From: Eledone cirrhosa
Taxonomy: Eukaryota
Direction: 5' to 3'
Assembly (NCBI GenBank): GCA_964016885.1
Contig: OZ024751.1
Span: 39,680,001-39,744,000, forward strand
Length of the DNA: 64,000 nt
This document shows, in pieces, positions 41,766 through 55,085 of the stretch. Made by a program: the position numbers and the translations under genes. Below the pieces are notes generated by a model. That model was not told the DNA's origin, searched no databases, and was given only the letters and a program-made list of their open reading frames with translations. Position 1 is the stretch's first letter, and each line of letters begins with the position of its first letter.

Positions 41766-42420
41766 TAATAATAATAATGATAATAATAATGAAAATATTG
41801 TGTACAATGCTGAGGTGCACTACAACTCATCAAAAGTGCATATATAATACATAGGGTAATATAAAAACGTCAGGAAAAAAGAACAGTGCATGAGTCATGA
41901 TATACACATATGTGCATGTGTATGGAAGGGGGACATCAGGTGTAGTTTTGGTGTATTTCGGAATGTATGATGGTTTTAAAGGATGCAGTGTGTCATCAGC
42001 TAACAACTGATGCAGGAAGTTTGTTCCATCCTTCAGCAACTCTGAGAATGAAGAAATATTTCCTAAAGTCATGGGAGCTGTGTTGTTTTCTGACTTTGTA
42101 GGCATGTCCACGTGTTAGACACATGGAGATCAAAAAGGTGTTCGGGGTTGTTGTTGGTCGGATGGTTAATAACTTTGTGGGTGTTTACCAAGTCCATTGC
42201 CAGAGGGAAGCAAAATATTCAGGGTATGGTAGGTGTCTGATGGAGGGTATGCGCTTGGTTGCATGTCTCTGAACAGTTTCCAGGAGGTCAATGTTCTGAG
42301 CAAGATAGGGGTTCCAGACTGATGACGCGAACTCCAAGTGTATTCGTACCATAGATGTATACAGCTTTAAATAGATGGCTGGAGAGTAGCTAATGAAGGT
42401 CTTGCTGATTGATGCCAAGT
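41766..42420 (-). pseudogene. CR1/L2-group LINE 3' fragment with an (ATT)n tail
   Basis: LKLYTSMVRIHLEFASSVWNPYLAQNIDLLETVQRHATKRIP, then frameshifts and a 3' UTR. Confidence 0.85.
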
Positions 42421-42604
42421 CAATCTTAATAAATTGACTGATTTATCTGTTCACTACTGCTAATCCACCGCTGTTTGTACAATTTTTTAGATAATGTCAA
42501 TTTGAGCTTGAATCATTGGCGTAATGAAATTTGAAAAGATTATAAGCAAATCTTTTTTAAAATACACAGACAACATTTAACTGTATCGTTGCAACATTAG
42601 ATCT

Positions 42605-42784
42605 AATAATTGTTTCTACTTTAGGCACAAGGCCAGCAATTACCCAGTGCATTACTGGTACTTTATTTTATCTACCCCGTAAGGATGAAAGGCAAAGTCA
42701 ACCTCGGCAGGATTTGAACTCAGATCGTAAAGGGACGTAACTATGCTGGAAAGCATGGCATCCGACCCTCTACCAATACTGCCA
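42605..42784 (-). mobile_element. tRNA-derived SINE (main family), full length
   Basis: Reverse complement of the reference copy. Confidence 0.9.
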
Positions 42785-42811
42785 AAATAATGGAGCAACA
42801 TTTGTGCAGAA

Positions 42812-43276
42812 TTATTGTTTGTGCAATAAGATATTTGCAGATCTGTACTTGGTCTGCTCTTTAGCCAACTCGGTACGTTTAGAAGCTCTACGCTCGGCTT
42901 GCTTTTGAGATATAATAGCTGAATTTGCAGATCTATACTTGGCCTGCTTGTTTGCCAACTCATACCGTTTTGAACATCTATACTTGGCCTGTTTTTGTGT
43001 TAATTTAGCAAAATTCACAGCTCTATAATCGGCCTGTTTTTGTCTCAACTTCTCCCGATTCCGCATCCGGTAAGCTGCTTTCACATCCAATTTAATACGC
43101 CCATCTAGATTATTAGCACAGGAATGTGAACAAGCTTGTGGGACCGCATCATTGTAAGTATATGAACTGCCTGCAACATCAAGACCCAATTCACAAGTGC
43201 AGCGTTGCTCATTCACATCGGCAGTGGGGACACCAAAATCAGTGACAGGTCTCGATTCACTCGCGAGATACATCAC
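42812..43276 (-). pseudogene. ORF remnant with five 15-aa basic repeats (possibly a Helitron RepHel N-terminal repeat region)
   Basis: KQADYRAVNFAKLTQ / KQAKYRCSKRYELAN / KQAKYRSANSAIISQ / KQAERRASKRTELAK / EQTKYRSANILLHKQ. Confidence 0.4.
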
Positions 43277-43304
43277 AGCTACACTATATATTTAAACATA
43301 TATA

Positions 43305-43362
43305 CAGTGATACCTCGCTACTTGGCGGTTCAACTATCGCGGATTCACGATTTCGCGCAGTT
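43305..43362 (+). mobile_element. Pogo/Tigger-like TIR remnant
   Basis: TA-CAGTGATACCTCGCTAC...GCGGTTCA...TCGCGGATTCAC. Partner TIR not found. Confidence 0.45.
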
Positions 43363-43469
43363 TTAGAATATATATATGAACACCTAAAATTTTTCATTAA
43401 ATCCATTAAAATATTAATAATAAACACAGTTCTAATCATACGCTATATATATATATATATATATAAATA

Positions 43470-43770
43470 TAAGTAATTAATACCGTATAAATGGTACAAA
43501 GACTGTTTATGTAAAATGTATTTCTCAACAGAGTATTGAATACTTAGGAGAAATTCAAAACGAAGAGTGATAAAATTTCAAGCAAAGAGTTTAATTAGGT
43601 AATGACTTACAAATTTGTTTCAGTATATAGACAAAGCCTGAAGCGCTAATTATAATAATTAGTTAATAATATTACAAAATATATTAATATTATATTAAAT
43701 ATATACTGAAACAAATTTGTAAGTCATTACCTAATTAAACTCTTTGCTTGAAATGTTATCATTCTTCGTT

Positions 43771-43771
<1 letters not shown>
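43470..43771 (-). mobile_element. Fold-back element (arms about 70 bp) with the hammerhead 3' half
   Basis: 43558-43628 vs 43701-43771. GAAA-c-aaattt-g-TA palindromic stem III. Confidence 0.7.
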
Positions 43772-43848
<77 letters not shown>

Positions 43849-44869
43849 TCTAGTCCTTCGCTCAAGATTAATCTATAAGTTTAGATGTCTGCCTTCGTTT
43901 AAGTAAATATTACAGTAAGATTTTTTAATATAAACAACTACAAAAAACAATTAATATTAAAACGAAAAAATTATCAATGATAAAAGAAGCGGATGCAACT
44001 TTTTTTTTTATAAAGTTATATTCCTGTTTCTTTAAAGAACATTTCATTTTTGTTCTATTGTAGGCGAAATAATGCAATGGTTTAATAGGGAAGATATAAC
44101 TTACCAATTATGTCTCTAACCGTGTAACGCTTTTTAAGTAGATAACTACAATTGAAAATACTAAAGAAATGGAACCAACAGTTCAATTTGAAAGTCGTCT
44201 ACTTATAGTGACAGTGTATTACTGGTACTTTATTTTATCGACCCCGTAACGATGAAATGCAAATGCTTAAAATTTAAATTGCCTTAATTCTATCGTCTGC
44301 TGTTTCATTAAAGGGAGATTCTCGTCTGTATTTAATTCTATCGTCTACTGTTCCACTAAACAGATATACCTCCATTATCGTCTCTATTTATACATTTTAA
44401 CTTATAACTTATACACATTTGATTTGAAATATTTTATCTAGTCCCCCCTCTCAATATTATGATGATTTCTTTCGAATGAAACAGTTCTAGTCCTGTAGAA
44501 GCCATTTATATATATATAATTGAACTGAGTTAAAAATTCACAATATTTATAATTAAATAAGCTCATATATATATGTGTGTATTTATCTGTTTATTGTATT
44601 ATATATAATGTGTGTATATACAGGATGTCCCCCAAAAATATATACACACTTCAACAGCATTCTAATAACTATTGCCTGTACAGGTAATCAAAGTGTCAAT
44701 CGAATGTTAGTTTCGTGTTTTAACAGTACAAATTTACAATACACACATAAAACCAGTGTATATACATACATGAGTGTGTATACACATACATGAATGTGTA
44801 TATACAATATATATGTATATATATATATAGACACATATATTCACGGTGCAACGGAACATTAAAATATAG

Positions 44870-45175
44870 ATGCGGGAGGGGGGTGTATATATAGGGGCGC
44901 TGGGGATAAAGGAGTGTAAAGCGTGTGTAATTGATATATTGAAGGAGAGGAGCGTGCAGCGATAGAGTAACAAATATATAGAGAGGGGAGAGATGGTATT
45001 GAAGGGGAGGAGTGCAAAGCGAAAGAGTAAGAGAGATATATATATAGAGACGGAACAGATAGAGAGAAACAGGCGTAAGTAACAGTGGAAGAGATATATA
45101 GAGAGGGGGAAATGTGTTATTGAAGGGGAGGAGTGTAAAGCGAAAGCGTAAGATATATATAGAGAGAGGGGGAAT
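44870..45175. repeat. Degenerate purine-rich tandem repeat, unit about 60 bp
   Basis: tattgaaggggaggagtg..aagcgaaagagtaa...atatatagagagggg recurs three to four times. Confidence 0.7.
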
Positions 45176-45176
45176 A

Positions 45177-45210
<34 letters not shown>

Positions 45211-45259
45211 GTTATTCCGGGTTGAATCGGAGGTAACCACAACCAATCAGAGTAAGTGT

Positions 45260-45303
<44 letters not shown>

Positions 45304-45470
45304 ACACTTACTCTGATTGGTTGAAAATTAGCCAATGACATACGATCACCACCACCACGGCTATCCCCGAAAAATTTATGAAGATGTTAGGCATATATGT
45401 TAGAACACGAAAAGTGAACATTCTGTTGTTTCACACTTTTCGTGTTCTAACAGATATATATATATATATA

Positions 45471-45671
45471 CGATGGTCAGCTAAAAAAGTTTATAGGCTG
45501 TCTATTAAGGAGTAATACTAGGGCTGTGAAATCTTATGTGCATTAATTTCAACTCATTTTATTAATAACTGCATTGATTCGTTCCATGGACTATTTTGAA
45601 AAATAAACCTCATTTAATAATACTCCATGAGAGTGTCTTGGTCAGCCTATGAACATTTCAGCCGGACCCCG
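45471..45671. mobile_element. Mariner-type MITE with TA target duplication
   Basis: TA-cgatggtcagctaaaaaagtttataggctg ... cagcctatgaacatttcagccggaccccg-TA. A lone right TIR is also present at about 38271-38308. Confidence 0.7.
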
Positions 45672-46028
45672 TAGTGTTAAACTTCAAACATTTTCTTAGT
45701 GTCTAATTCGATTTCCTTTCTTAACCGTAAATCACCTTTGGCTCAGCTGAAATGACTTAAAGTCTCCTTAATTTAAATAATATTGATTTAGCTTTCATAC
45801 AAGCCTCAATATTACAGAAAAAAAGATCAATTCAATCATTAAAGATCGATCCTCATATTTGATTGATGGCTATTTTATCAACTCTACAAGAACAAAAACA
45901 CAAATGTTGACCGCCTGGCATATCTTTTACGAGGACATGAAGATAAGTAAAAGACTATTACACAACCATTGTGTTCAGCGCTCTATCGATTCTGCCATTA
46001 ACTTTTACATCTTGTTTTATTTTTAACA

Positions 46029-46340
46029 TATCAATGGTTGTTAGCGTACTTGGAATGATAAAAAAGAGTACTTAAAAATATTTGGACCGAATGCATGCAA
46101 AGTTATCTCTGTATCAAGAGATACATAAAATAGTGCTGACCGACACTGTCCATGTCCTGAGAAGGGCATTATCAATTTAAATACCTTGCAAGGACATTTG
46201 CTGTGGTTTATGGCTTTATGTCATCGTTTCTATGACAATTGATTGTAAAACGTGTTTATTACCGCATTTTGCCTTAAGTGTCAAGGTTAACACTTTGGCA
46301 AGACATAGGAGAGAAGCAGAGTTGATAGTGAAGTTTCAAC
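46029..46340 (+). pseudogene. Old R4/Dong-like 3' fragment ending in (TAA)n
   Basis: ISMVVSVLGMIKKST*KYL...QEIHKIVLTDTVHVLRRALSI* aligns with the C-terminus of the 50188-ending ORF. Confidence 0.65.
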
Positions 46341-46365
46341 TAATAATAATAATAATAATTATAAC

Positions 46366-46396
<31 letters not shown>

Positions 46397-46745
46397 GTGG
46401 CTTGTCCATTCGACACGAGAGTGCAAGAGTGCAAAAGAAGGAGAGGGAGAAAATTAACCGATACCAGGACTTAAAGTGGGAGGTAAAAAGAATTTGGAAC
46501 TGCCATGAAGTCAAAGTGGTCCCGATTGTCATAGGCGCACTAGGTACTATCTCAAAAAGTTTCCAGGGATGGTTAAAGAAAATTGGCCCCGCCACGCTTT
46601 TTGGAACGCTTCAAAAGGCATGCTTGCTGGGAACAGCAAGAACCCTCCGATACGTCCTGAATATCTGAGGCTGCAGGTAGTGGCTTGATATTCATTTCAA
46701 CAAACTTTCCAGTTAACTAACATCAATGACTGAGACTCAAAAAAC
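46397..46745 (+). pseudogene. R4/Dong-like 3' fragment (RLE C-terminus plus 3' UTR), second family, between (TAA)n tracts
   Basis: VACPFDTRV...KEREKINRYQDLKWEVKRIW...VVPIVIGALGTI...LQKACLLGTARTLRYVLNI*. An 8-bp duplication (agagtgca) shifts the frame. Confidence 0.85.
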
Positions 46746-46790
<45 letters not shown>

Positions 46791-46791
<1 letters not shown>

Positions 46792-49700
46792 TACTACCAT
46801 GTACTACCCATCAAATACATCGAATACAGAGCAAACATATATCAACTGGAAAAAGAAACATCCCGAAAACAGAGGCTATATTGACAGTAACAAACTAGCC
46901 AATATACGAAGAAATATTGTAAGAAAAAAGTTACTAACTGATATAGAAATTGATCAGATCAAGCTAGTAGCACAAAGTCAGCGAAGGGAAAATGAAGCAT
47001 GTGTCAGTGAAAACGAGGTAAACTGTAACACTTCGAATCCCAGAGTTGGGGCGGAATCACTGGCAACAGAACAAATTAAAGAAAGGAGCGAAAAAGTGGA
47101 GGGAGTGCATGCTCAGGATGAAACTCCAAATGAAAATAATGAGATCGTAAATGATAAAGAAATGAATGAGAATGAACTTGCCAACTTGAAGGATGAAATT
47201 ATGATCGAATGGATGAAAATGAAAGAATCTGACATGGGGGAACGAGACACCCTCCCTAAGATCCAGAACTCCAAACAGAACCAAAAGATAATACACAAGA
47301 CTAACATAATTCTCAAAAACATTATCATCACAAACAAACTAAGCATTACTGACTTAAATCATCTCTATTATGCATCGGCTAAAGTCACCACTCACTTATG
47401 TGGAGAGAAGATGAAAAAACAAAGGAATTCCCACAAGAAATCTACTTGGCAAGATAACATCAATCGCCAAATAAACCTTCTCCGATCTGACATAGAAATT
47501 TTAACAAACTATAAAGTAGGTGAACATGTTAAACAAACTAAACTTAGAAAATTGAAAAAAAAGTACAGTATAAGATCAACATGTGACATAGACATGCTGA
47601 TAGAAACAATCAAGCAAAAAGTGTCGGCCAAAGCTGCTCGTATAAGGCGCTTTGAAAAACGATCTAGATTCTATAAGGACAATAATATGTTCAAAAACAA
47701 CCAAAGAAACTTCTACAGAAAAATTGGTAAGTCAACAATAACTGCTAAATCAATACCACCCAAGGAGGAAGTGCAAGAATTCTGGGAAAAGATCTGGGCC
47801 GAAGAAAAAGTTCATAACATACATGCCCCATGGATAGACAGACAAATGAAAGAAACAGCTCACCTTGAAGAACAAACATGGGAAAATATAACAGTTGAAC
47901 AGCTGCGCTTGGCTCTAAGAAAAACCAGCAAATGGAAATCCCCAGGAAAAGACAAAATACAAAACTTTTGGATAAATGCCTTCACAGAGTCTCATGAGCT
48001 GTTAGCCCAACTTTACAATGAAATAGTTAAGGAGCCAGAAAAGATACCATCATGGCTAGTTAACGGCATTACATTCCTGCTACCGAAGAATGATGAGACA
48101 AACAATCCCAAAAATTACAGACCGATAACCTGATTGACCACAATGTATAAAATTTTAACATCAGTCCTAACTGAATACACATATGACCACCTGATAACAA
48201 ATGACCTATTTCCCATTGAGCAGAAAGGGTGTAAACGAGGCTCATATGGCTGTAAGGATCAGCTTCTGGTTAACAAAATGATACTGGAAGATTGTCATAA
48301 TAGACACAAAAATCTATCGATTGCTTGGATAGATTATAAAAAAGCATTTGATAGTTTGCCACACAGTTGGATTGAAAAATGTTTAGAGATTTTCAAAATA
48401 TCCCCCGTTATCAGGAGGTTTTTGTCATTCAGTATGAGGACATGGAGAACGACACTCCTTTTGAATAGTGAAACAAAATCACTGGAAGCTGGAGAAGTTA
48501 ACATTAATTGTGGAATTTTTCAGGGTGACTCTTTATCACCGCTTTTATTCTGCATCGCACTTATACCATTAAGTAAAATGCTCAATGAAACAAAACATGG
48601 ATATAGAGTCTATGACAAAACCATTAATCACCTGTTCTACATGGATGACCTGAAACTATTTGCAAAAAATGATGAACAATTGCAAGGGCTATTATCCACT
48701 GTGAAGCAGTTCAGTGATGACATTAAAATGGAGTTTGGACTGGATAAATGCGCCAAAGCAACGTTCACCAGAGGAAAGCTGCTGAAGAGTTCAGACATTA
48801 ATCTTGATCGGGGGAACGTGATAAGAGAGCTTGATCAAGAACAAACTTACAAATATCTAGGTGTTTGTGAAGGAGACGGAATCAAGCACTCGACAATGAG
48901 GGAAAGGATAAGGAAGGAATGTTACCGCAGAGTCAGAGCAATCTTAAGAACGGAATTGAATGCAAGGAATAGGATCGATGCCATAAACACGCTTGCCATA
49001 CCAGTAGTAACCTACAGTTACAATATCATCAACTGGTCAAGCACAGAGATCCGTAGGCTCGATACAAAAATCCGAAAATTCTTAACCATGCACAGAATGC
49101 ATCACCCTAAGGCAGACATAGATAGAATATATCTCCCTAGGAAAGAAGGAGGACGTGGGTTAATCCAGTTAGACATTGCGTTGAAAACTGCAACAATTGG
49201 ATTATCCACATATCTAAGGGAATCACATGATTGGATGATCAAACTCGTTTTGAAACACGAAAGCACCAAAAGATCATATTCCATTACAAAAGATGCACAA
49301 AGATACAGTAATGGACTACAAATTTCAGAAGTCCCATTTACTGCTGAAATGGAAAACACAGAAAAAGCAAAGCAGGTAAAAGTAACTGCAAAGAAAGAAC
49401 TGCTACAGAAACTGGCTAAGAAATGGCAAGAAAAGCCTCTGTATGGAAAATACCCAGAGCGAGCTAACAATCCTGATGTTGACAAAACTTTAACCCATCA
49501 GTGGTTGGCATCCTCTGGACTGAAATCGGAGACTGAAGGACTGATTATATCCGCACAAGATCAGTGTCTGCCAACAAAAAATTACCAAGCCAACATAATA
49601 AAAAATGGGTGCAGCCCATTATGCCGTGTATGCAAAAAACAACCAGAGACCATTGACCATATAATTTCAATGTGCAGTCCTATAGCTCCAACCGAATACC

Positions 49701-50327
49701 TAAACAGGCATGACAGAGCTGCACAATACATACATTGGATAATGTGCAAGCATTTTGACCTGCCCCATCAAAAGAATTGGTGGGAGCATCAACCACCTCC
49801 CATACTTGAAAAAGATCACATCTCAATCTTGTGGAACTTTAGCATCCAAACAGACCGAAAAATAGATGCAAATAGACCTGATATAATATTGAAGGACTTT
49901 CAAAGGAGGGTATGCCTGCTAATTGATATGTCTGTTCCAATAGACAAGAATGTATCTATAAAAACATTTGAAAAATTGAGCAAGTATAAGGACCTGGAGA
50001 TAGAAATTGGAAAAATGTGGAAATTGAGAACTAAAACAATACCAGTGGTTGTAGGCGCTCTGGGAATGATACCTAAGGGGTCTAACGACTACTTATCGCA
50101 AATCCCAGGAAACCCGCGTATAGGAGAAATACAAAAGATAGTACTAATGGGAACTGCCCATATACTAAGGAAGATCCTGTCAATATAAGTACATCACAAG
50201 TCTAAACACTAAGGATGCATGTGTGAATATGTGTGTTCTTTCTTGAACATGGCGGACCTTGTTGTCTCTTGAGGTCACTGGTTGTGACTTGGTGATAACT
50301 CGTATAAACATAAAGCAAGATAAATGC
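46791..50327 (+). mobile_element. R4/Dong-like RLE non-LTR retrotransposon, 5'-truncated, in (TAA)n
   Basis: Single reading frame plus a 3' UTR of about 140 bp. (TAA)n on both sides. Confidence 0.92.
46799..50188 (+). pseudogene. RT, CCHC and restriction-like endonuclease ORF with one in-frame TGA (48131-48133)
   Basis: WKSPGKD, NYRPIT*LTT, DYKKAFDS, GIFQGDSLSP, YMDD, CRVC-x8-H-x4-C, RHD, RPD..D..K..KY. Confidence 0.92.
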
Positions 50328-50475
50328 AAATAATAATAATAATAATAATAATTTTCTGTCTTCGGGGAAGCCAACAAATTCAAACGAGAAACTGAATTGA
50401 CAGATAATTATGAAGAAATTGAAAACAAAGAAACAACAAGAAAAACTGTGAAAAAAAAAAAAAAATCTAAATTGA

Positions 50476-50580
50476 AGACAGATCTCCACAACGCTATGAC
50501 AAGGATATTCCCAATATGACCAACACCCCAAAGACAGATCTCCACAACGCTATGTTAACACTAAGACAATATGACCAACT
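50476..50580. repeat. Two-copy tandem repeat of about 56 bp
   Basis: agacagatctccacaacgctatg...caatatgaccaac occurs twice. Confidence 0.8.
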
Positions 50581-50788
50581 CGACCAATACACAAAAAGCT
50601 AAATAGGGAGGAATTGGAAAAACAAAATTTACAAAACTCATTAAGAAACATTGGACGAAAGCCGAGGTAGAGATTTCTAATTGCGGCACAAGATCAAATC
50701 CTCCCGCACCAGAAAGTATCCCAAAATATATATAATGGATAAAATATAAAAAAATTGTTGCTGAGAAAAGTTTCAAGTTTTAGTTTTG

Positions 50789-52862
50789 ATTCTGAAAGAA
50801 GGAAAAAAATCTTCGACATTTAGATATAATGATACTTTTTAATACAAAAGATATTCTCATGTGTAAAATATTAAAATAATGAATATCTGATATTTAGTTG
50901 CAGAATATAATATCGAAAACACTTTCTTTATGTTGTATTGAATATCCACTCCGCTAACTATATTGAATAACTGACTTGAATTATTTCATTCGTTTATTTA
51001 ATTAACCTATCACCCTCTTGTCGACAAAACTGGTGATTAACCTAATCGTTTTTGTTAAATGTATTATCATTATCGTTGCAAATATTTCGATATTTCGCTG
51101 GTTTGCCAAAGTTTTGTTTCAATCTATGATTTTTCTCCATAACATGCTTTTGTAATGTAATCATTTCTAAGTTGATTTTTTTTTTTCTTTTGGAAATTAT
51201 ATTGAGTTCTTCTTTTCATTACTCTAAAAAAGAATGTTGGCAGTTATATTGTGGAAGAGTCATGTTAGGGTATCTATAAAAACATAAACAACTGTTATCT
51301 TTATTTTTCGTTTATTTAGTTTGTTTCGGAATATAACATTTTCTTGTGTTTTTAAATGTTTAAAATAGCTCTTCGTCGTAAATTGAATTGCATCGGTTTC
51401 AACACTCCTTATTAGATCATATCACTTGCGAAACAAATGCAGCTTCGAGATTAAAACAAAAAATATGTCAATTTATGTTGAAAGTTTTGTAATTTGTCTA
51501 TTTAGTCTTCATAATTTATTAGATGTAGTATTTTCTTTTCCAATTCTCATCGAAGTCGAAGGAATGGAAAGCGAGTTAACATTCATTAAAAGTCTTAAAC
51601 TCAAAACAAAGAAAGACGACTCCCTCTTGTAAAGTATTGTAACAAACATTTCTGCTTTCTACTAATATGATCTCTATATTTAATAATATATGTCACCCAT
51701 AGTTCATAGAGAAATAAATAATAAATAATAAATATTAACCATAACCATTTGACCTTTTGAGATTTGGATTTAGAATATAAAATGCCGGATCAAATACTAC
51801 AAGGAATTTTACCCTATGTGCAAACTATGTTTTCAACGGACCACCCTTTTTAGTTGTTTCTTGTAGTGGCACAAAGGTCACAGATTTGGTGGAAGTTACG
51901 ACTTAGACAAATTAATCATTTGATACTAACCTACGTGAAACCGCCATCGTTTTTATGATACAAAACTGTTCTTTTAAAATACCGTGATTTTATTGAATAT
52001 ATTTTGTGAAATAATGTTTCAAAGCTCAGCTTAATAATAAAACAGTTAGCTATCTTATTTAATTCAAATTTTTTTTTATTATTTAAAAAAGAAAAATAAC
52101 TGAAATACATAGGCAATGTATTCCATTAGAAATATTGTGATAAAAGAGTTAAATCACAGTGCTGCAATGTTACTATATTCTATCAACCATGGATGGATCA
52201 AAAGTAACGTTGACCTTGATAACACACCAATTCGGGTCGTAAAGAACTAGAACAAAAATATTACAAGACGCGACAAAGATTCTGCCGATCCACCAATAAT
52301 AGTTACACAATTTCTTTAGATTTTCTATACGCTTTCATGATTTCCAACTTATAAACACATTTAAAACTATCTTCATAACCATTTATATTCGCTTGAAAAA
52401 GATAAGAAATTTATGTTGTAAAATGTTTGATCTGTTCGTCGTCTTAATTCTGAAAGAAAAAAATATCTTCGATATTTAGATATTATATTTTTCAATAGAA
52501 AGATATTCTCATGTGTAAAATATTAAAATAATGAATATCTGATATTCATTTGCAGAATATAATATCGAAAACACTTTCTGTATATTGTATTGAATATCGT
52601 CTCTAAAACACTATATTGAGTAACTGATGTGAATTATTTCATTCGTTTATTTCATTAACCTATCAACCCCTTGTCATCAAATCTAGAGATTAATTTAATC
52701 GTTTTTGTTAAATTCATTTCCACTATCACTGCAAACATTTCGATTTTTCATTGCTCTCTCTATTGTTTTCTTTTAAATTCAGTCTCGGATTTTTCTCTCT
52801 ATAACATGCTGACGTAATGTAAAACTTTCTAAATAGATTTTTCTTTTAACAATTATATTGAT
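50789..52862. repeat. Diverged direct duplication of about 415 bp (50789-51205 and 52448-52862)
   Basis: Shared aagatattctcatgtgtaaaatattaaaataatgaatatctgatatt...gcagaatataatatcgaaaacactttct, with a colinear remainder. Confidence 0.85.
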
Positions 52863-53181
52863 TGATATTTTTCTCCACACAAATAAAAGGCCGTTCTCTC
52901 CATGACCCTAACCCTAAATTCGAAATCCAAGAACCGATTACTTTTTTTTGCTTTTTCTTTAAAGAACAAGACAAATATAAATGAGAAATTCTTGGCTCTG
53001 GACAACACCGAGATAGTAAAAGGTTCGATAAACATTCAGTTAAGATCAACAGCTCCTGAACTTCTTACATAAAATCCTTTTAGACATCTGAACCCATGGG
53101 ACAAGAAAGTAGTTATTGGTTCATATGGTTCATGACAGGGCATTTATCTCTTTCGTGGGAATTCTTGCATTTATAGCACAA

Positions 53182-53249
<68 letters not shown>

Positions 53250-53300
53250 CTGGTGGTGGTGGTGGCGGTGGTGATAGTGGTGGTAGTAGTAGTAGTAGTG

Positions 53301-53366
<66 letters not shown>

Positions 53367-53381
53367 ATGGTGGTGGTGGTG

Positions 53382-53425
<44 letters not shown>

Positions 53426-53503
53426 GGTGGTAGTGGTGTGGTGGTGGTGGTAGTAGTAGTAGTGGTGCTGGTGGTGGTGGTGGTAGTAGTAGTAGTAGTA
53501 GTG

Positions 53504-53550
<47 letters not shown>

Positions 53551-53596
53551 GGTGGTGATGGTGGTAATAGTAGTAGTAGTGGTGGTGGTGGTGGTG

Positions 53597-53628
<32 letters not shown>

Positions 53629-53630
53629 GA

Positions 53631-53692
<62 letters not shown>
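53182..53692. repeat. (GTA/GTG)n compound microsatellite
   Basis: Direct reading of the sequence. Confidence 0.95.
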
Positions 53693-53693
<1 letters not shown>

Positions 53694-53823
53694 GGAATGT
53701 TTTTGATTGAATGCGCTTAGATCCGTTGTTGCTATTTCTACCGTTGTACTTTCTATGTCAAACTTTTACTCTCTCTCACACTCTCACACTCTCTCTTTCT
53801 CTCTCTCTCTCTCTATCTATCTC

Positions 53824-53876
<53 letters not shown>

Positions 53877-53994
53877 ATCTCTAAGCCTTTTTAAGAAGTA
53901 AATTTCAGCTAAGACACTAGAAAGTATGTTGCGCTATTTCTGTCTAGTATGAAATTATAGCGAGTAAAAAAAAGTGGAAAATAAACAGTTATTC

Positions 53995-54090
<96 letters not shown>

Positions 54091-54098
54091 TTTATATA

Positions 54099-54134
<36 letters not shown>

Positions 54135-54197
54135 TGTATGTATGTATGTATGTATGTATGTATGTGTATATATGTATATATGTATATATATAAATAT

Positions 54198-54335
<138 letters not shown>

Positions 54336-54340
54336 ATACG

Positions 54341-54371
<31 letters not shown>

Positions 54372-54649
54372 ATGTGTGTATGTGTGTATGTTTGTGAGTC
54401 TGTATGAGTGTGTGTGTGTATGTATATGTGAGTATGTGTCAATGAAAGCGTGAGTGTGTGTATTATCATTGTTATGTGTGTGTATTTTTTTCTATTCTGA
54501 ATATTTTTTATTTTTGCTGTTATAGAATTTCTTCTCTAAAATGTTTTAAGTTGCCATGAAAACCACAAAAGTCTGCTACTTTTCTTCGTTCTTCTATTAG
54601 CAGCTATTGATCTATATAAATAAGTTTTACCATTTCTCAGACATCTCTG

Positions 54650-55085
54650 CTACCACCACCACCACCACCATCATCATCATTATCTACATCAACATCAACA
54701 CCACCACCATCACCACCATCATCGCAGCCATCACCACCACCACCTCAACAACCTTCTCTTTTCTTCTTCTTCTTCTTCTTCTTCTTCTTCTTCTTCTTCT
54801 TCTTCTTCTTCTTCTTCTACTTCTTCTTCCTCTCCGTCTTCTTCTTCTTCTTCATGTTCTTCTTCCTCTTCTTTTTCTCCTCCTCCTCCTCCTTCTTCTT
54901 ATTCTTCCTTTTCTTCTTCCTCTTCTTCTACTTTTTCTTATCCTCCTCCTTCTTTATCTTCTTCTTCTTCTTCTTCTTCATTTTCTTCTTCTTCTTCTTC
55001 TTCTTCTTCTTCTTCTTCTTCTTCTTCTTCTTCTTCTTCTTCTTCATCTCCTCCTCCTTCTTCTTCTTCTTCTACTTCTTCTTCA
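54650..55085. repeat. (CAC/CAT)n and (CTT)n microsatellites
   Basis: Direct reading of the sequence. Confidence 0.95.
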
